DNA of 64,000 bases, from contig DUVS01000029.1 of the NCBI GenBank assembly GCA_012840925.1, forward strand, positions 124,202 through 188,201, written 5' to 3'. Shown one piece after another: positions 8,770 to 19,240 of the stretch. The stretch is from Bacillota bacterium. GTDB lineage: Bacteria; Bacillota; Limnochordia; Darwinibacteriales; DTU012. Position numbers and translations under genes: made by a program. Below the pieces are notes generated by a model. The model did not search any database. It worked only from the letters and a program-made list of their open reading frames with translations, and had not been told where the DNA came from. The first letter of the stretch is position 1. Each line of letters opens with the position of its first letter.

Positions 8770-9724
8770 CCGGTAAGATTTGCTTCACTACTCTTAACAG
8801 GTTTCTTCCCATGATTTTTTCAATTGCCGTTGTGGATAAGCCCCGTTTCTCCAATGCCGGGATTAAACTTGGTATTTTTTCCACATCCTCCAATCCGGAT
8901 GGAGTGCTATTAATTCCGTCGAAATCCGAACCCATGGCAACTACATCGCTACCGCCAGTTTGATAAAGGTAAATGATCTGATCAACTACCTGGTCAATCG
9001 TGCAATTCTCAGGTGTATTCGTCACATGCCGTGGATAGAAATTGACACCAATCACCCCTCCCCGATCTGCAAGCGCCCTTATCTGGTCGTCGCTTAAGTT
9101 GCGGGGGTGCTGACATAGAGAATAGGCATTGGAGTGAGAAGCGATCACAGGCTCTTGACTGATCGCCAGGACATCCCAAAAACCCCGTTCAGACAGGTGA
9201 GATACATCGACCAGCATCCCTAAATTGTTCATCTCAGCAACAACTTCACAGCCAAATTTGCTTAAGCCCGAAGCCCGCTCGCCCTCGCCAACCCCATCTC
9301 CCAGCTGATTGCGGTGATTCCAGGTGAGGGTCATTGCCCTGACACCCAGCCGAAACAAGTTGCGTAGATTGGCCAGGCTGCCTTCCAACGGCTCACCACC
9401 CTCGAGCGACAGCAGGCAGCCGATACGCGGTAAGGCCTGCTCCAGCATATGCAAGTCACTTCTTGACAGAACTGGCAGCAGTTGTTCAGAGTACCTTTCC
9501 ATGTTCTGCCAGAAAATATCCGCCATTTTCAGAGCCATATGCAAAGCCAAGCCGGGACTGTAGTTTTTTGGCACATATACAGCAAAGATCTGGGCACTAA
9601 TCCCAGCCTTTTGCATCTTCGGCAGACTGACATGCGACCCTGCCAGCGTCCCCAAATGATACTCACCATTGGCTTGTGCCAAAACCGACAAGGTATCAGC
9701 GTGGGCATCAAAAATAAACATCAC
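8756..9724 (-). CDS. Membrane dipeptidase (M19) family protein
   Basis: DAHAD, SLEGGE, LTWNHRN, DVSHLS, ASHSN, MGSDFDG motifs. Confidence 0.92.
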   Translation of the reverse strand: MMFIFDAHADTLSVLAQANGEYHLGTLAGSHVSLPKMQKAGISAQIFAVYVPKNYSPGLALHMALKMADIFWQNMERYSEQLLPVLSRSDLHMLEQALPRIGCLLSLEGGEPLEGSLANLRNLFRLGVRAMTLTWNHRNQLGDGVGEGERASGLSKFGCEVVAEMNNLGMLVDVSHLSERGFWDVLAISQEPVIASHSNAYSLCQHPRNLSDDQIRALADRGGVIGVNFYPRHVTNTPENCTIDQVVDQIIYLYQTGGSDVVAMGSDFDGINSTPSGLEDVEKIPSLIPALEKRGLSTTAIEKIMGRNLLRVVKQILPEKSS

Positions 9725-9744
9725 AACACCGCCTTGAAAGTGAA

Positions 9745-9771
9745 AGCCTGTTTGCTTCAGGCAAACAGGCT
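9745..9771 (-). terminator. Hairpin downstream of spoVS
   Basis: Perfect 11-bp stem AGCCTGTTTGC / GCAAACAGGCT, short T tail. Confidence 0.6.
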
Positions 9772-9789
9772 TCGTAGGAGACAGGAAAG

Positions 9790-10050
9790 TTACCGAGGCT
9801 CTACAATCAGTTTAATTGCAGTCCTCTCTTCATCATCAATAATGATGTCCGTAAATGCTGGGATGCAGATTAGATCAACGCCGCTCGGGGCCACAAACCC
9901 TCGTGCAATAGCCACAGCTTTGACCGCCTGATTTAATGCACCTGCACCAATTGCTTGAATCTCCGCTCTACCGCGCTCTCTCAGAACTCCTGCCAAAGCT
10001 CCTGCGACTGAATTTGGACTGGACTTTGCTGAAACCTTTAATACTTCCAT
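9790..10050 (-). CDS. spoVS: Stage V sporulation protein S
   Basis: MEVLKVSAKSSPNSVAGALAG...QAIGAGALNQAVKAVAIARGF; start moved to ATG 10050. Confidence 0.97.
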   Translation of the reverse strand: MEVLKVSAKSSPNSVAGALAGVLRERGRAEIQAIGAGALNQAVKAVAIARGFVAPSGVDLICIPAFTDIIIDDEERTAIKLIVEPR

Positions 10051-10113
10051 GTGTAAGTGACCTCCCTTTTGCAAATCTCGTTCGATTCTGTTACTTCCGC
10101 CGTATATATATAT

Positions 10114-10140
10114 ATATTAAGCCTCAAAGCCAAAATTCCT
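10114..10140 (-). promoter_or_regulatory. Possible sigma-H promoter of spoVS
   Basis: AGGAATT-N13-TTAATAT; spoVS is sigma-H dependent in Bacillus subtilis; the -10 match is weak. Confidence 0.35.
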
Positions 10141-10144
10141 TTTT

Positions 10145-10927
10145 TTACATAATTTTTTTCTCGTAATAAATTCGGACAATTTTCTGAGCCTTGCCAGAAA
10201 TGTCAACATCTGCAATAACTCCACACAAATGCCGGTTCCCTCTAGCCACGGAAAATCTGGTGGGAAGCTGGTTAAGAAACTTAGTGATGATTGGCTCCCG
10301 CTGCATGCCCAAAATACCATCCATTGACCCGCACATGCCCAAATCAGTTACGTAGGCAGTACCGCCTGGCAAGACTCGTTCATCTGCAGTAGGAACATGG
10401 GTATGCGTGCCTGCCACCACACTGACCCTGCCGGCTACGTACCAACCAAACGCTTGCTTTTCGGAGGTTGCTTCTCCATGGAAGTCAACAATGGAAATCT
10501 GCGTATGTAAAGCTGTTTCTGCCAACAGCTCATCGATCTTACGGAACGGACAATCAAAATCTCCCATGAACACTCGCCCGATCAGGTTTATGACTGCCAC
10601 CTTCTCCGTTCCCACTTGCGCGTAGTACACATAATGGCCGGGAACACCAGGAGGATAGTTAGCCGGCCTTAAGACCCGGGGATTAGCATCAAGATATGGG
10701 TAAATCTCTTTCTTGTCCCAGATGTGATTGCCGCTTGTCAGCACATCAATGCCAAGTTTAAACAATTCCTCAGCAACTTTTTCTGTCAAGCCGAAACCGC
10801 CGGCTGCATTTTCTCCATTGGCAATCACCAGGTCGGGACCGTATTCTTGACGAATCACAGGCAACATCTCTTTCACCATTTCACGCCCGGGCCGGCCGCA
10901 AATGTCTCCCAGCAGCAATACTCTCAA
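10145..10927 (-). CDS. ymdB: TIGR00282/YmdB family metallophosphoesterase
   Basis: LLGDICG, NGENAAGG, TSGNHIWD, DFHGEATSEK, GTHTHVPT motifs; TTG start behind GAGGAGG; rny-ymdB-spoVS synteny. Confidence 0.93.
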   Translation of the reverse strand: MRVLLLGDICGRPGREMVKEMLPVIRQEYGPDLVIANGENAAGGFGLTEKVAEELFKLGIDVLTSGNHIWDKKEIYPYLDANPRVLRPANYPPGVPGHYVYYAQVGTEKVAVINLIGRVFMGDFDCPFRKIDELLAETALHTQISIVDFHGEATSEKQAFGWYVAGRVSVVAGTHTHVPTADERVLPGGTAYVTDLGMCGSMDGILGMQREPIITKFLNQLPTRFSVARGNRHLCGVIADVDISGKAQKIVRIYYEKKIM

Positions 10928-10947
10928 ATAGATCCTCCTCTGTATCA

Positions 10948-11481
10948 TTATTGCTCTGACAGTGTCATCGGGTAGACTGTCAATCGTCCGTGGTGCCAAA
11001 ACCCAGTCAGCCCTTGTGGAGCACTGTCTGTTAATGCGTCGGTAATCAAGTCGTCCAGTTCATCAGGGTAAATCAACTGAGGCAGGTCCAATATCTCATT
11101 TTCAATAATAGTGCCAGCAGGAAGTGCCTGATTAATTAATTCGACAACTATCGTCAAATCCTTGCGCAAGAACGGATCCAAAGCTCGTTCAATCACAATC
11201 TGATCCACAGGCCCGTGGTGAACCAACTCAATTCCTGTTGCGCTGTTCGTAGACGCTATCAGATCATGCACTCTGAGGTGGGTATAGATCAGTTTTTGCA
11301 GCCTTGCAAATTCTGTATCGGCAATCTTCTTAATGAAAAGCACCAGTCTGATCCGGCCAGTAGCTGGATCATACTTAACTTGTCCTATTTGGTTAAAATA
11401 CAGTAACAGCCCAATGATTAGTTTCACATGCGGCACACTGCTGTCATCGATTACTTCCACTTGTGTCTTTCTCCTATCCAA
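10948..11481 (-). CDS. Hypothetical protein
   Basis: 177-codon ORF filling the gap between rny and ymdB in the same orientation; start codon uncertain. Confidence 0.7.
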   Translation of the reverse strand: MDRRKTQVEVIDDSSVPHVKLIIGLLLYFNQIGQVKYDPATGRIRLVLFIKKIADTEFARLQKLIYTHLRVHDLIASTNSATGIELVHHGPVDQIVIERALDPFLRKDLTIVVELINQALPAGTIIENEILDLPQLIYPDELDDLITDALTDSAPQGLTGFWHHGRLTVYPMTLSEQ

Positions 11482-11529
11482 ATCCTATTGTCGGCATAGA
11501 CTGCAGACTAAACCTCTGTATGATGGATA

Positions 11530-11553
11530 AAGCCAGGCTGATAAACCTGGCTT
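11530..11553 (-). terminator. Hairpin after rny
   Basis: AAGCCAGG-N8-CCTGGCTT at the rny stop. Confidence 0.5.
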
Positions 11554-13102
11554 ATTTTGCATATTCAACGGCTCTAGTTTCACGGATTACAGTAACTTTA
11601 ATCTGTCCGGGATATTCAAGTTCTGATTCAACGCGTTTGACAATGTCACGAGCCATTTTGGCACAGTGCAGATCATCAATTCGATCCGGTTTGACCATGA
11701 TCCTGATTTCACGGCCGGCTTGGATTGCATATGATTTGTCTACTCCTTCAAAGCTGTTGGCAATCTCCTCTAGTTTCTGTAATCTCTTGATATAGGTCTC
11801 CAAGCTCTCCCGTCTTGCACCTGGCCGAGCTGCGGAAATAGCATCTGCGGCTGCAACTAGAACTGCCTCAACTGTCTGAGGTTCAATGTCTCCATGGTGG
11901 CACGCCATTGCATGAATAACATCTTCGTGCTCTTTGTACTTTCTCAACAACTCTACGCCAATTTCAATATGGGTTCCTTCCACCTCATGATCAATAGCCT
12001 TACCGATATCGTGCAGCAATCCGGCGCGCCTGGCGATCCTGCCATCAGCACCTAATTCGACAGCCATAATTCCTGCCAAATGGGCAACCTCCACTGAATG
12101 CTTGAGGACATTTTGTCCGTAACTTGTCCTGTATTTCAATCTGCCCAGCAGTTTGACCAACTCAGGATGAAGTCCGTGAACATCTGCATCGAAGGTTGCT
12201 TGTTCTCCCGCATCACGGATGGCCGCATCCACTTCTTTACGGGCTTTTTCTACCATTTCCTCTATCCGGGCTGGATGAATCCGTCCATCGGCGATCAGTT
12301 TCTCCAAGGCAATCCGGGCAATCTCCCGCCGAATCGGGTCGAATCCTGACAGAATCACCGCTTCAGGAGTGTCATCAATGATCAAGTCAATGCCCGTAAG
12401 TGTTTCCAAAGCCCTGATATTACGGCCTTCACGGCCAATGATTCTGCCTTTCATTTCATCGTTAGGCAGGGTAACTACGGACACTGTAGCTTCGGCAACA
12501 TGGTCTGCCGCTGTCCTTTGGATGGCTAGAGAGATAATATTCCGGGCGCGTTTTTCTGCTTCTTCTTTGGCTTGAGTTTCAACCTCCTTGATCATCATCG
12601 CTGTTTCGTGTTTTACGTCATCTTCAACCTGTTTGAGAATTATCGCCTTCGCCTCGTCTGCGGTCAGGCCAGAAAGACGTTCAAGTTCCATCCTCTGCTT
12701 TTCCAGCATTCCAGTAACTTCCTGGCGTATCTTCTCAACCTCTTTCTTGCTGTGGTTCAAGCTCTCCTCTTTGCGCTCCAGCATTTCACTCTTGCGATCA
12801 ATGCTTTCTTCTTTCTGCAGTAACCGGCGCTCCAGTTGCTGCAGTTCGGTTCTTCTCTCCCGGCTTTCGCGCTCGATTTCATTGCGCATTTTATAGATTT
12901 CATCTTTAGCCTCTACTAGTGTTTCTCTTTTCTTAGTTTCAGCTTCTTTTTGCGCTTCACTGATGATCCGCCTGGCTTCAGCTTCCGCTGATGCGATTTT
13001 GGCTTCGGCAATCGTTTTGCGAACCAAATATCCTATTGCACCTGCAATACATGCAATGATAATATACTTGACAATTTCTACAATCGTTTCTATATCGTTC
13101 AC
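11552..13102 (-). CDS. rny: Ribonuclease Y
   Basis: N-terminal TM, coiled coil, KH domain ([12 protein letters not shown]), HD domain (GLLHDIGKA). Confidence 0.97.
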   Translation of the reverse strand: MNDIETIVEIVKYIIIACIAGAIGYLVRKTIAEAKIASAEAEARRIISEAQKEAETKKRETLVEAKDEIYKMRNEIERESRERRTELQQLERRLLQKEESIDRKSEMLERKEESLNHSKKEVEKIRQEVTGMLEKQRMELERLSGLTADEAKAIILKQVEDDVKHETAMMIKEVETQAKEEAEKRARNIISLAIQRTAADHVAEATVSVVTLPNDEMKGRIIGREGRNIRALETLTGIDLIIDDTPEAVILSGFDPIRREIARIALEKLIADGRIHPARIEEMVEKARKEVDAAIRDAGEQATFDADVHGLHPELVKLLGRLKYRTSYGQNVLKHSVEVAHLAGIMAVELGADGRIARRAGLLHDIGKAIDHEVEGTHIEIGVELLRKYKEHEDVIHAMACHHGDIEPQTVEAVLVAAADAISAARPGARRESLETYIKRLQKLEEIANSFEGVDKSYAIQAGREIRIMVKPDRIDDLHCAKMARDIVKRVESELEYPGQIKVTVIRETRAVEYAK

Positions 13103-13197
13103 CTCCTATTAGTGGCATGACTAGATAAAGCCGAGCATAAAACTCGGCCTTTACTAACCTTAGACCTCATTTAGAAAACAGGGACCTCTGTCTTATT

Positions 13198-13716
13198 TTA
13201 GACCTTTTCCAAATCAGTGTCAAGTAAGGAATTAAACAAGGCCTCTAGCACCTTACAGGTAACATCCCAGTTAAACCCACGCCGCTGCAGCAAACTGCCG
13301 ATGCGCTGATACTGACGCTCAACCCTTAAATGCTGCAATTTTTCCAGACGTGATTTAGCGAGCTGGTAAGCCAAAGCGTAATCCTGATCAGGAGAATTCA
13401 TTACTGCATTGATCGTCTCAGGATCTACACCCTTTTGCTCCAATTCGAACCGTAATCCGTGAACGCCGGTTGGCCGAAACCTGTTGCGGTGATCAATAAA
13501 CAGTTCAGCAGTGAGGCGATCATTGACATAACCAATTTCTGTCAGCCACTTGATTGTTGATTCCACCTCTTGAGCGGGGTAGTCCTCTCTAACCAGGCGT
13601 TCATTCAGCTCCTGCGCTGTGTAATTCCGGGACGCCAGCAGTCTCAGTGCTCGATCCCTACAGCTGATTCTGGTATCAGTTTTTAGCTTGGTTTGCTTTG
13701 GTGGCTTTCTGCTCAT
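13198..13716 (-). CDS. recX: Regulatory protein RecX
   Basis: [35 protein letters not shown]; follows recA; start uncertain, overlaps the recA end. Confidence 0.9.
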   Translation of the reverse strand: MSRKPPKQTKLKTDTRISCRDRALRLLASRNYTAQELNERLVREDYPAQEVESTIKWLTEIGYVNDRLTAELFIDHRNRFRPTGVHGLRFELEQKGVDPETINAVMNSPDQDYALAYQLAKSRLEKLQHLRVERQYQRIGSLLQRRGFNWDVTCKVLEALFNSLLDTDLEKV

Positions 13717-14728
13717 CAGCTTGTTTTTCCGCTGGTAGTAACCCAAAATGTGCCCTCACTTTGGTTTCGACCTCCTGGCACAATTCAGGATTTTGCTTCA
13801 GAAATTCCTTCGCATTCTCTCGCCCTTGGCCTATTCGCATATCACCATATGAGTACCAGGCTCCGCTTTTATTGATGATGTCAATACTGGCTGCCAGGTC
13901 TAAAACATCACCAACAAATGAGATGCCCTCTCCGTACATGATGTCGAATTCTGCCTCTTTGAACGGAGGTGCAACTTTGTTTTTCAACACTCTGACCTTT
14001 GTACGGTTCCCCACCAGCTCATTGCTTTGCTTAATCATTTCCACACGGCGGATGTCAAGCCTGATTGAAGCATAGAATTTGAGTGCCCTTCCTCCGGGAG
14101 TTGTTTCAGGATTACCAAACATAATCCCCACTTTTTCCCGCAGTTGGTTAGTGAAAATCACTGTAGAATTAGACTTGCTGATAGCTCCTGTCAGTTTCCG
14201 CAATGCCTGAGACATCAAGCGGGCTTGCAGACCAACATGGGCATCTCCCATTTCCCCTTCAATTTCCGCCCGGGGCACCAACGCAGCCACAGAATCAATG
14301 ACTATCACATCCACTGCGCCACTCCGGACCAAATGCTCGGCTATCTCCAATGCCTGTTCAGCGTGATCAGGCTGAGAAATGAGAAGATTATCGATATCAA
14401 CTCCTAATTTTCTGGCATATACCGGATCGAGGGCATGTTCCGCATCGATCATGGCAGCTGCTCCACCCATCTTCTGAGCTTCAGCCATGATATGCAAGGC
14501 CAGGGTAGTCTTTCCCGAGCTCTCAGGGCCGTAGATTTCGATCACTCTGCCGCGGGGAATCCCCCCGATACCAAGCGCTATATCCAGAGATAGCGATCCC
14601 GTCGGAATCACTTCAATGTTCGACTTTGAGGTGGCCTCACCCAATTTCATGATTGAACCTTTACCAAACTGCTTTTCGATCTGGTTAATCGCTGTATCCA
14701 AAGCCCTTTTCCGCTCATCATTGACCAT
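13676..14728 (-). CDS. recA: Recombinase A
   Basis: GPESSGKTT Walker [19 protein letters not shown]; 350 aa, no intein. Confidence 0.99.
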   Translation of the reverse strand: MVNDERKRALDTAINQIEKQFGKGSIMKLGEATSKSNIEVIPTGSLSLDIALGIGGIPRGRVIEIYGPESSGKTTLALHIMAEAQKMGGAAAMIDAEHALDPVYARKLGVDIDNLLISQPDHAEQALEIAEHLVRSGAVDVIVIDSVAALVPRAEIEGEMGDAHVGLQARLMSQALRKLTGAISKSNSTVIFTNQLREKVGIMFGNPETTPGGRALKFYASIRLDIRRVEMIKQSNELVGNRTKVRVLKNKVAPPFKEAEFDIMYGEGISFVGDVLDLAASIDIINKSGAWYSYGDMRIGQGRENAKEFLKQNPELCQEVETKVRAHFGLLPAEKQADEQKATKANQAKN

Positions 14729-14756
14729 AGGTATTCACTCCCGTTAAGCTAAATTA

Positions 14757-14770
14757 GAAACCTGTGTTCG
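14757..14770 (-). promoter_or_regulatory. LexA (Cheo/SOS) box upstream of recA
   Basis: CGAACACAGGTTTC versus the Firmicute consensus CGAACRNRYGTTYC (one mismatch). Confidence 0.7.
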
Positions 14771-14855
14771 CCTTCAAGGTTAATAAAAAAAGGAAAGCAG
14801 CTGGCAAATTCCTATACGTTGATTTCTGCAGAGAAATCTCGAACCTCTCTCCATA

Positions 14856-16343
14856 CTAGCCTGATATCTGCCTACTGTTTTCGACGTTTTCTTCTTGATT
14901 CCTTCTCTCTGAAGTAATGAATGTCCGTTCGAGAGAAAAACTCTGCTGCAGGCTCTGAACTTGAATGCTGTCAACAGCAGCCAGCACAAATCTATCCAGC
15001 TCTGGATCGTGAGTGAAGTACAGCACCGACAGACTGAAGGGAACCACCTGACTGCCCTGGATACCCCTGATGCCAGCCGCACCGGTGGTACCCGCATTCA
15101 CATAAACCGTAGCTCCGGTTTGGTTGATCGACTGGACATGGTTATGCCCGCACAGGACTACTGGAAAAATACCTGGTTCTATTTGAGCTGCAATCCGATG
15201 ATTATGCACTGCAAAGATGTCGATCCCGTGTTGTTGGCTGCCATAGAGCTCATTAATTCTAACGGCGTGCTGGCTGAGCTCGTGAATTGAAACATTCTGC
15301 GGTGAATAGCTTTCAGCAGACGGATCTAGCATGCCTGCCACTTTGATTCCCATAATCTCCAACGGTTCAGCTCCAAGCAGGATGACATTGCCTGTCTGCT
15401 CCAGTTTTGCCAGGACATCCGGAGCCTCATGGTTACCGGCCACAAACAGATAGGTGACGTCCAGCTGCTCAATTCGGTTGACGATCTCCGCCTCCAGTGG
15501 TGTACCCCAATCTGTAAGATCGCCTGTATCGATAATCAAATCAATAGGAAACGCTGCCACAACTTGGCTGATGAAATCGTACGCAACAGGATGGTTGTGA
15601 ATGTCGGAAACATGAAGAATAGTTAGATCGGAAGCCAACACCCCTATGTCCTTCAGATCCTCAATTTGATTGAACACGGCATACAAGTTCGCAGCCAAGC
15701 TTTGAATCTGTTCTCCCAGCTGGTCCACTTTAAGCAAACCTTCCTGAATCATGCTGATCATCCATGGGGCAGCGTCGATGATGCCGTGATACTGAGGATT
15801 GGCAAACGCTTGGATATTGTAACCGTAATAGGTTGCAGTCGTAATCAAAAGCAAGAAAGTGCTGCCTATCAAAAAGCCTGCTATCAAGTATGCCCAGCGC
15901 CGCGTCCCGCCAAGATAGACTCCCAGTAGACCTCCAACTCCTGCAATAATCATCAGTTTGGCAACAGCCATCCCAAGGACACGATTGATTTTGCTCTGAA
16001 AATACCCTACCAACTCCTGTTGCGAGTTAAAATCGGTTGTGAAGGCAATCTGGCGGAGCTGATCAAGGTCAATATTCTCCAAGGCCAAAATTAGCTGCAG
16101 CGGCTGGTAGCCATGGGTTTTGGCGCTTATACTACCGATAGGGGGTATCTTGAGCACCGTATGCCCGGGAAAACCGATCTTAACATTAAGGACAAACTGC
16201 ATAGGTTCTATGGTTATCCTCAATACCCCTACCAGGTTTAATACAAGGATCGCGCCTGCAAGGGCAAACAAAATGGGCAGATAGCGTTGCCGGGCTTGGT
16301 AGAGACGTTTACGGGAGATTCTGTGTTTTGGCTGTCCCGCCAT
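14856..16343 (-). CDS. Membrane-anchored calcineurin-like metallophosphoesterase
   Basis: Three TM segments, then SDIH, DTGD, GNHE, HNH and GHNH motifs. Confidence 0.85.
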   Translation of the reverse strand: MAGQPKHRISRKRLYQARQRYLPILFALAGAILVLNLVGVLRITIEPMQFVLNVKIGFPGHTVLKIPPIGSISAKTHGYQPLQLILALENIDLDQLRQIAFTTDFNSQQELVGYFQSKINRVLGMAVAKLMIIAGVGGLLGVYLGGTRRWAYLIAGFLIGSTFLLLITTATYYGYNIQAFANPQYHGIIDAAPWMISMIQEGLLKVDQLGEQIQSLAANLYAVFNQIEDLKDIGVLASDLTILHVSDIHNHPVAYDFISQVVAAFPIDLIIDTGDLTDWGTPLEAEIVNRIEQLDVTYLFVAGNHEAPDVLAKLEQTGNVILLGAEPLEIMGIKVAGMLDPSAESYSPQNVSIHELSQHAVRINELYGSQQHGIDIFAVHNHRIAAQIEPGIFPVVLCGHNHVQSINQTGATVYVNAGTTGAAGIRGIQGSQVVPFSLSVLYFTHDPELDRFVLAAVDSIQVQSLQQSFSLERTFITSERRNQEENVENSRQISG

Positions 16344-16367
16344 GGGTGATCCTCCTAGAAAAGAAAG

Positions 16368-17612
16368 CTATTCGGTATCCTTGATCTCTTGGCGCAAGAA
16401 GTTTAGGGCAGCTTGAGCGACTAGAAACTTAATCTCAGTTCGCGTTCCGTTGAAACGAAATTGTTTGGCCTTAGTATTGCCTTTTGCAGAAACAGCAATG
16501 TGGACAAGACCGACTGGCTTTTCTTTTGAGCCACCAGCAGGGCCGGCAATCCCTGTTACAGCCAAGCTCCAATCCGTCCCTGCCCTGGCTCTCGCCCCTT
16601 CTGCCATGGCCACAGCCACCTCACGGCTTACTGCCCCAAATTGACCGATCAAGCTCGGATCGACTCCCAACAGCTCAACTTTCGCCTGATTACTATAGGT
16701 AATGTATCCCCGGTCGAAATACTCGGAACTACCAGGGACGTTTGTAATCCGGTTAGTAATTAAACCACCAGTGCAAGATTCGGCAACAGCGAGTGTTTCC
16801 TGTCTTTCTCTTAACATCGCTCCCACCACAGACTCCAAAGTTTCATGATCTGCACCGTAATAATAACCGTTCAGCTGATGAATCAAGCGTTGTTCCACCG
16901 GCTGGATCAACTCATATGCCTGTTGGGAAGAATCAGCCTTGGCCGTAATTCTCAATTTCACTTCCCCTAAAGACGCATAGGGTGCGATGGTCGGATTGGA
17001 CTGGTTAAGCAGTTCATCGTGGACAAGTTCTGCCAGCTGTGATTCACCGATCCCCGCAAACTTGAGGGTTCGTGACACAAGTGTCTTTTTGGCTGTAATT
17101 CTTTGAGACAAATATGGTGCTACATAGGTTGTAAACATCCCCTTCAGTTCCCGGGGTACTCCTGGCAGCGCAACGATGATCTTATCCTGGATATTAACGA
17201 TCATTCCCGGGGCGGTACCCCAATGGTTGGCGATGATTTTGGCGCCACGAGGTAGAAACGCCTGTCTCCGGTTGTTTTCGCTCATGCTCCGCTTCGTTTG
17301 CTGAAAATAGCCTTCGATCATCTTCATGGCTTCCTGATCAAGCTCTAAAGGGAGATTGGCCACAGCAGAAATCGCTTCCCGGGTAAGATCATCCATGGTT
17401 GGCCCCAGGCCGCCGCTTGCAATGACCAAATCAGATCTGGCCAGCGCTTGGGTCATGACTTCGATAATCCGGACCCAATTGTCACCAACTGTAGACTTGT
17501 AATAGAGATCGATCCCCAGAGCAGCTAGTTCCTGTGCTAAAAACGCCGCATTGGTATCAACTGTTTCCCCTAGTAACAACTCCGTACCAATGATCACTAA
17601 CTCAGCCTTCAT
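16368..17612 (-). CDS. cinA: Competence/damage-inducible protein A (molybdopterin-binding-like + PncC domains)
   Basis: IGTELLLGETVDTN, GGLGPTMDDLT, ALPGVPRE, AESCTGG, TGIAGP motifs. Confidence 0.96.
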   Translation of the reverse strand: MKAELVIIGTELLLGETVDTNAAFLAQELAALGIDLYYKSTVGDNWVRIIEVMTQALARSDLVIASGGLGPTMDDLTREAISAVANLPLELDQEAMKMIEGYFQQTKRSMSENNRRQAFLPRGAKIIANHWGTAPGMIVNIQDKIIVALPGVPRELKGMFTTYVAPYLSQRITAKKTLVSRTLKFAGIGESQLAELVHDELLNQSNPTIAPYASLGEVKLRITAKADSSQQAYELIQPVEQRLIHQLNGYYYGADHETLESVVGAMLRERQETLAVAESCTGGLITNRITNVPGSSEYFDRGYITYSNQAKVELLGVDPSLIGQFGAVSREVAVAMAEGARARAGTDWSLAVTGIAGPAGGSKEKPVGLVHIAVSAKGNTKAKQFRFNGTRTEIKFLVAQAALNFLRQEIKDTE

Positions 17613-17628
17613 AATTCCACCTTACCTC

Positions 17629-17657
17629 TTTGCAAATTTTCAGATTAATGATATAAT
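17629..17657 (+). promoter_or_regulatory. Putative sigma-A promoter of the lipoprotein gene
   Basis: TTGCAA-N16-TATAAT with TGn extension. Confidence 0.6.
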
Positions 17658-17693
17658 TGACTCGCCCAGGGAGATGGCTGGGAGGAAAGAGCA

Positions 17694-18665
17694 TTGAAAA
17701 AGCAAATCCGCAAAGTGCCCCACTGGTTTGCCACTGTGCTGCTTCTACTGCTGTTGTGTGGATGCGGCCCGAGAGCTCACATCAATGGTACGGTTGCCGT
17801 AACTGCAATGAACATCCCGTTGTCCGACAGCCCCAACTGGAATGCAGTAATAACCTGCACCCGCGGTAAACACCAAATCACCCAGAGCTTAAGCCTGTGT
17901 GATACAAACCTGGAAACTGAGGTGATCATTCCTGTCGGCACCTGGAACATCTCGCTGCAGTTGACTGATGAAGCCGGAAATGTGGTATATCAGGATCAGG
18001 TCACTGGTGTAGCGATCTATCCCCATACTCCGACAGTGATCGATTTTCAGTTAAGACCAGTTCATGGAACCGTGAAAGTGATCGTTGATCTGGAAGGGCA
18101 TCCCCATGCTGATCAGATCATGCGGGCCCGCGTCCACTTCAACAATCAGTATAAAGAGATCATCCGCAGCTCGGTTGATGAATTTATTGAAGGCGAATAT
18201 GAGATTGCAGCCGGCAGCTATGATTTCAATGTTGAGCTGTACACAGAATCTTTCCGCGTCAGTGACAAAATTGATCTGGGGATGTGGGCTACCATTGACG
18301 TAGAACCACTGAGTGAACAAACCGTCATCTGGCGGCCCCATCTGGAACTGCTAACGATTGCTGCTCAAATCTATCTGCTGCCCGATACCCCCAAGCACGT
18401 GAGTGGTCAGTTTTGGCAGCAGCAGACGGTTTTGACCTGGGACCCAAGTCCAGCCGTTGACCTCGAAGGATATCATATATATTGGCAGCCTTCACCTTGG
18501 CAGCGCTACAGCTTGATCGCAACTGTTGACCGGAATACTACTACCTACACTCATGACTTGAGTGAGCTTGAAGAACTACCGTCACAGGCATATTATGCAG
18601 TAGCACCATTCTCGGCAGCCCTGGAAGGCTACCGCAGTCCACCAATTCTAATACCATTTTTATAG
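17694..18665 (+). CDS. Putative lipoprotein with C-terminal fibronectin type III-like domain
   Basis: Basic N-terminus, hydrophobic core and LCGC lipobox; LTWDPS...EGYHIYW...YYAVAP FN3-like pattern. Confidence 0.75.
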   Translation: MKKQIRKVPHWFATVLLLLLLCGCGPRAHINGTVAVTAMNIPLSDSPNWNAVITCTRGKHQITQSLSLCDTNLETEVIIPVGTWNISLQLTDEAGNVVYQDQVTGVAIYPHTPTVIDFQLRPVHGTVKVIVDLEGHPHADQIMRARVHFNNQYKEIIRSSVDEFIEGEYEIAAGSYDFNVELYTESFRVSDKIDLGMWATIDVEPLSEQTVIWRPHLELLTIAAQIYLLPDTPKHVSGQFWQQQTVLTWDPSPAVDLEGYHIYWQPSPWQRYSLIATVDRNTTTYTHDLSELEELPSQAYYAVAPFSAALEGYRSPPILIPFL

Positions 18666-18692
18666 AATCGGAAGCTGTGCTTCCGATTCTAT
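18662..18692. terminator. Hairpin between convergent genes
   Basis: 13-bp stem ATAGAATCGGAAG / CTTCCGATTCTAT, 5-nt loop. Confidence 0.65.
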
Positions 18693-18739
18693 CCATGTCT
18701 TCACTTGTATTCCCTGTATTACCCTGCCCGCGGTTTCCT

Positions 18740-19204
18740 TCAACCCAAACACAAATATGTATAGGCAATGCCGAAAATCGCTCCTACCAGAACCTCAAAA
18801 GGAGTATGCCCCAAAAGTTCCCTCAATCGCTCGGGATGAAAGTCCTTCTTGTAAATGTCATCTAAAATGCGGTTAAGGACTCTGGCTTGTTTACCGGCCG
18901 CTCTCCGCACACCCGCCGCATCATACATCACCACCAGGGCAAACGCGGCAGACAAAGCAAATATGGGCGTGCTGAACCCCTCCACCAAACCGATTCCCGT
19001 AGCCAACGCTGTCACAAATGTTGTATGGGAGCTTGGCATCCCTCCAGTACCCACCAGGCGGCTGAAGTCCAGCTTTTTTTCCTTCATGGCAAAGATCACA
19101 GTCTTGGTAAGTTGAGCGATCGCCCAGGCAACTACTGCAGTGATCAGGACAGAATTCGTACCCAGTTGTTTTAGAACGCCGTTGATGGCTATCGCCTCCT
19201 TCAT
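18740..19204 (-). CDS. Divergent PAP2 family (DUF212/YuiD) membrane protein
   Basis: GGMPSSHT, VMYDAAGVRRAAGKQA, GHTPFEV motifs; start uncertain. Confidence 0.92.
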   Translation of the reverse strand: MKEAIAINGVLKQLGTNSVLITAVVAWAIAQLTKTVIFAMKEKKLDFSRLVGTGGMPSSHTTFVTALATGIGLVEGFSTPIFALSAAFALVVMYDAAGVRRAAGKQARVLNRILDDIYKKDFHPERLRELLGHTPFEVLVGAIFGIAYTYLCLG

Positions 19205-19240
19205 ACGAATCAATTTCCAAGTGGTTGAATACGATTATAC

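Noticed and set aside
13676-14728. Intein or intron in recA
   Set aside because: Continuous 350-aa ORF of normal length.
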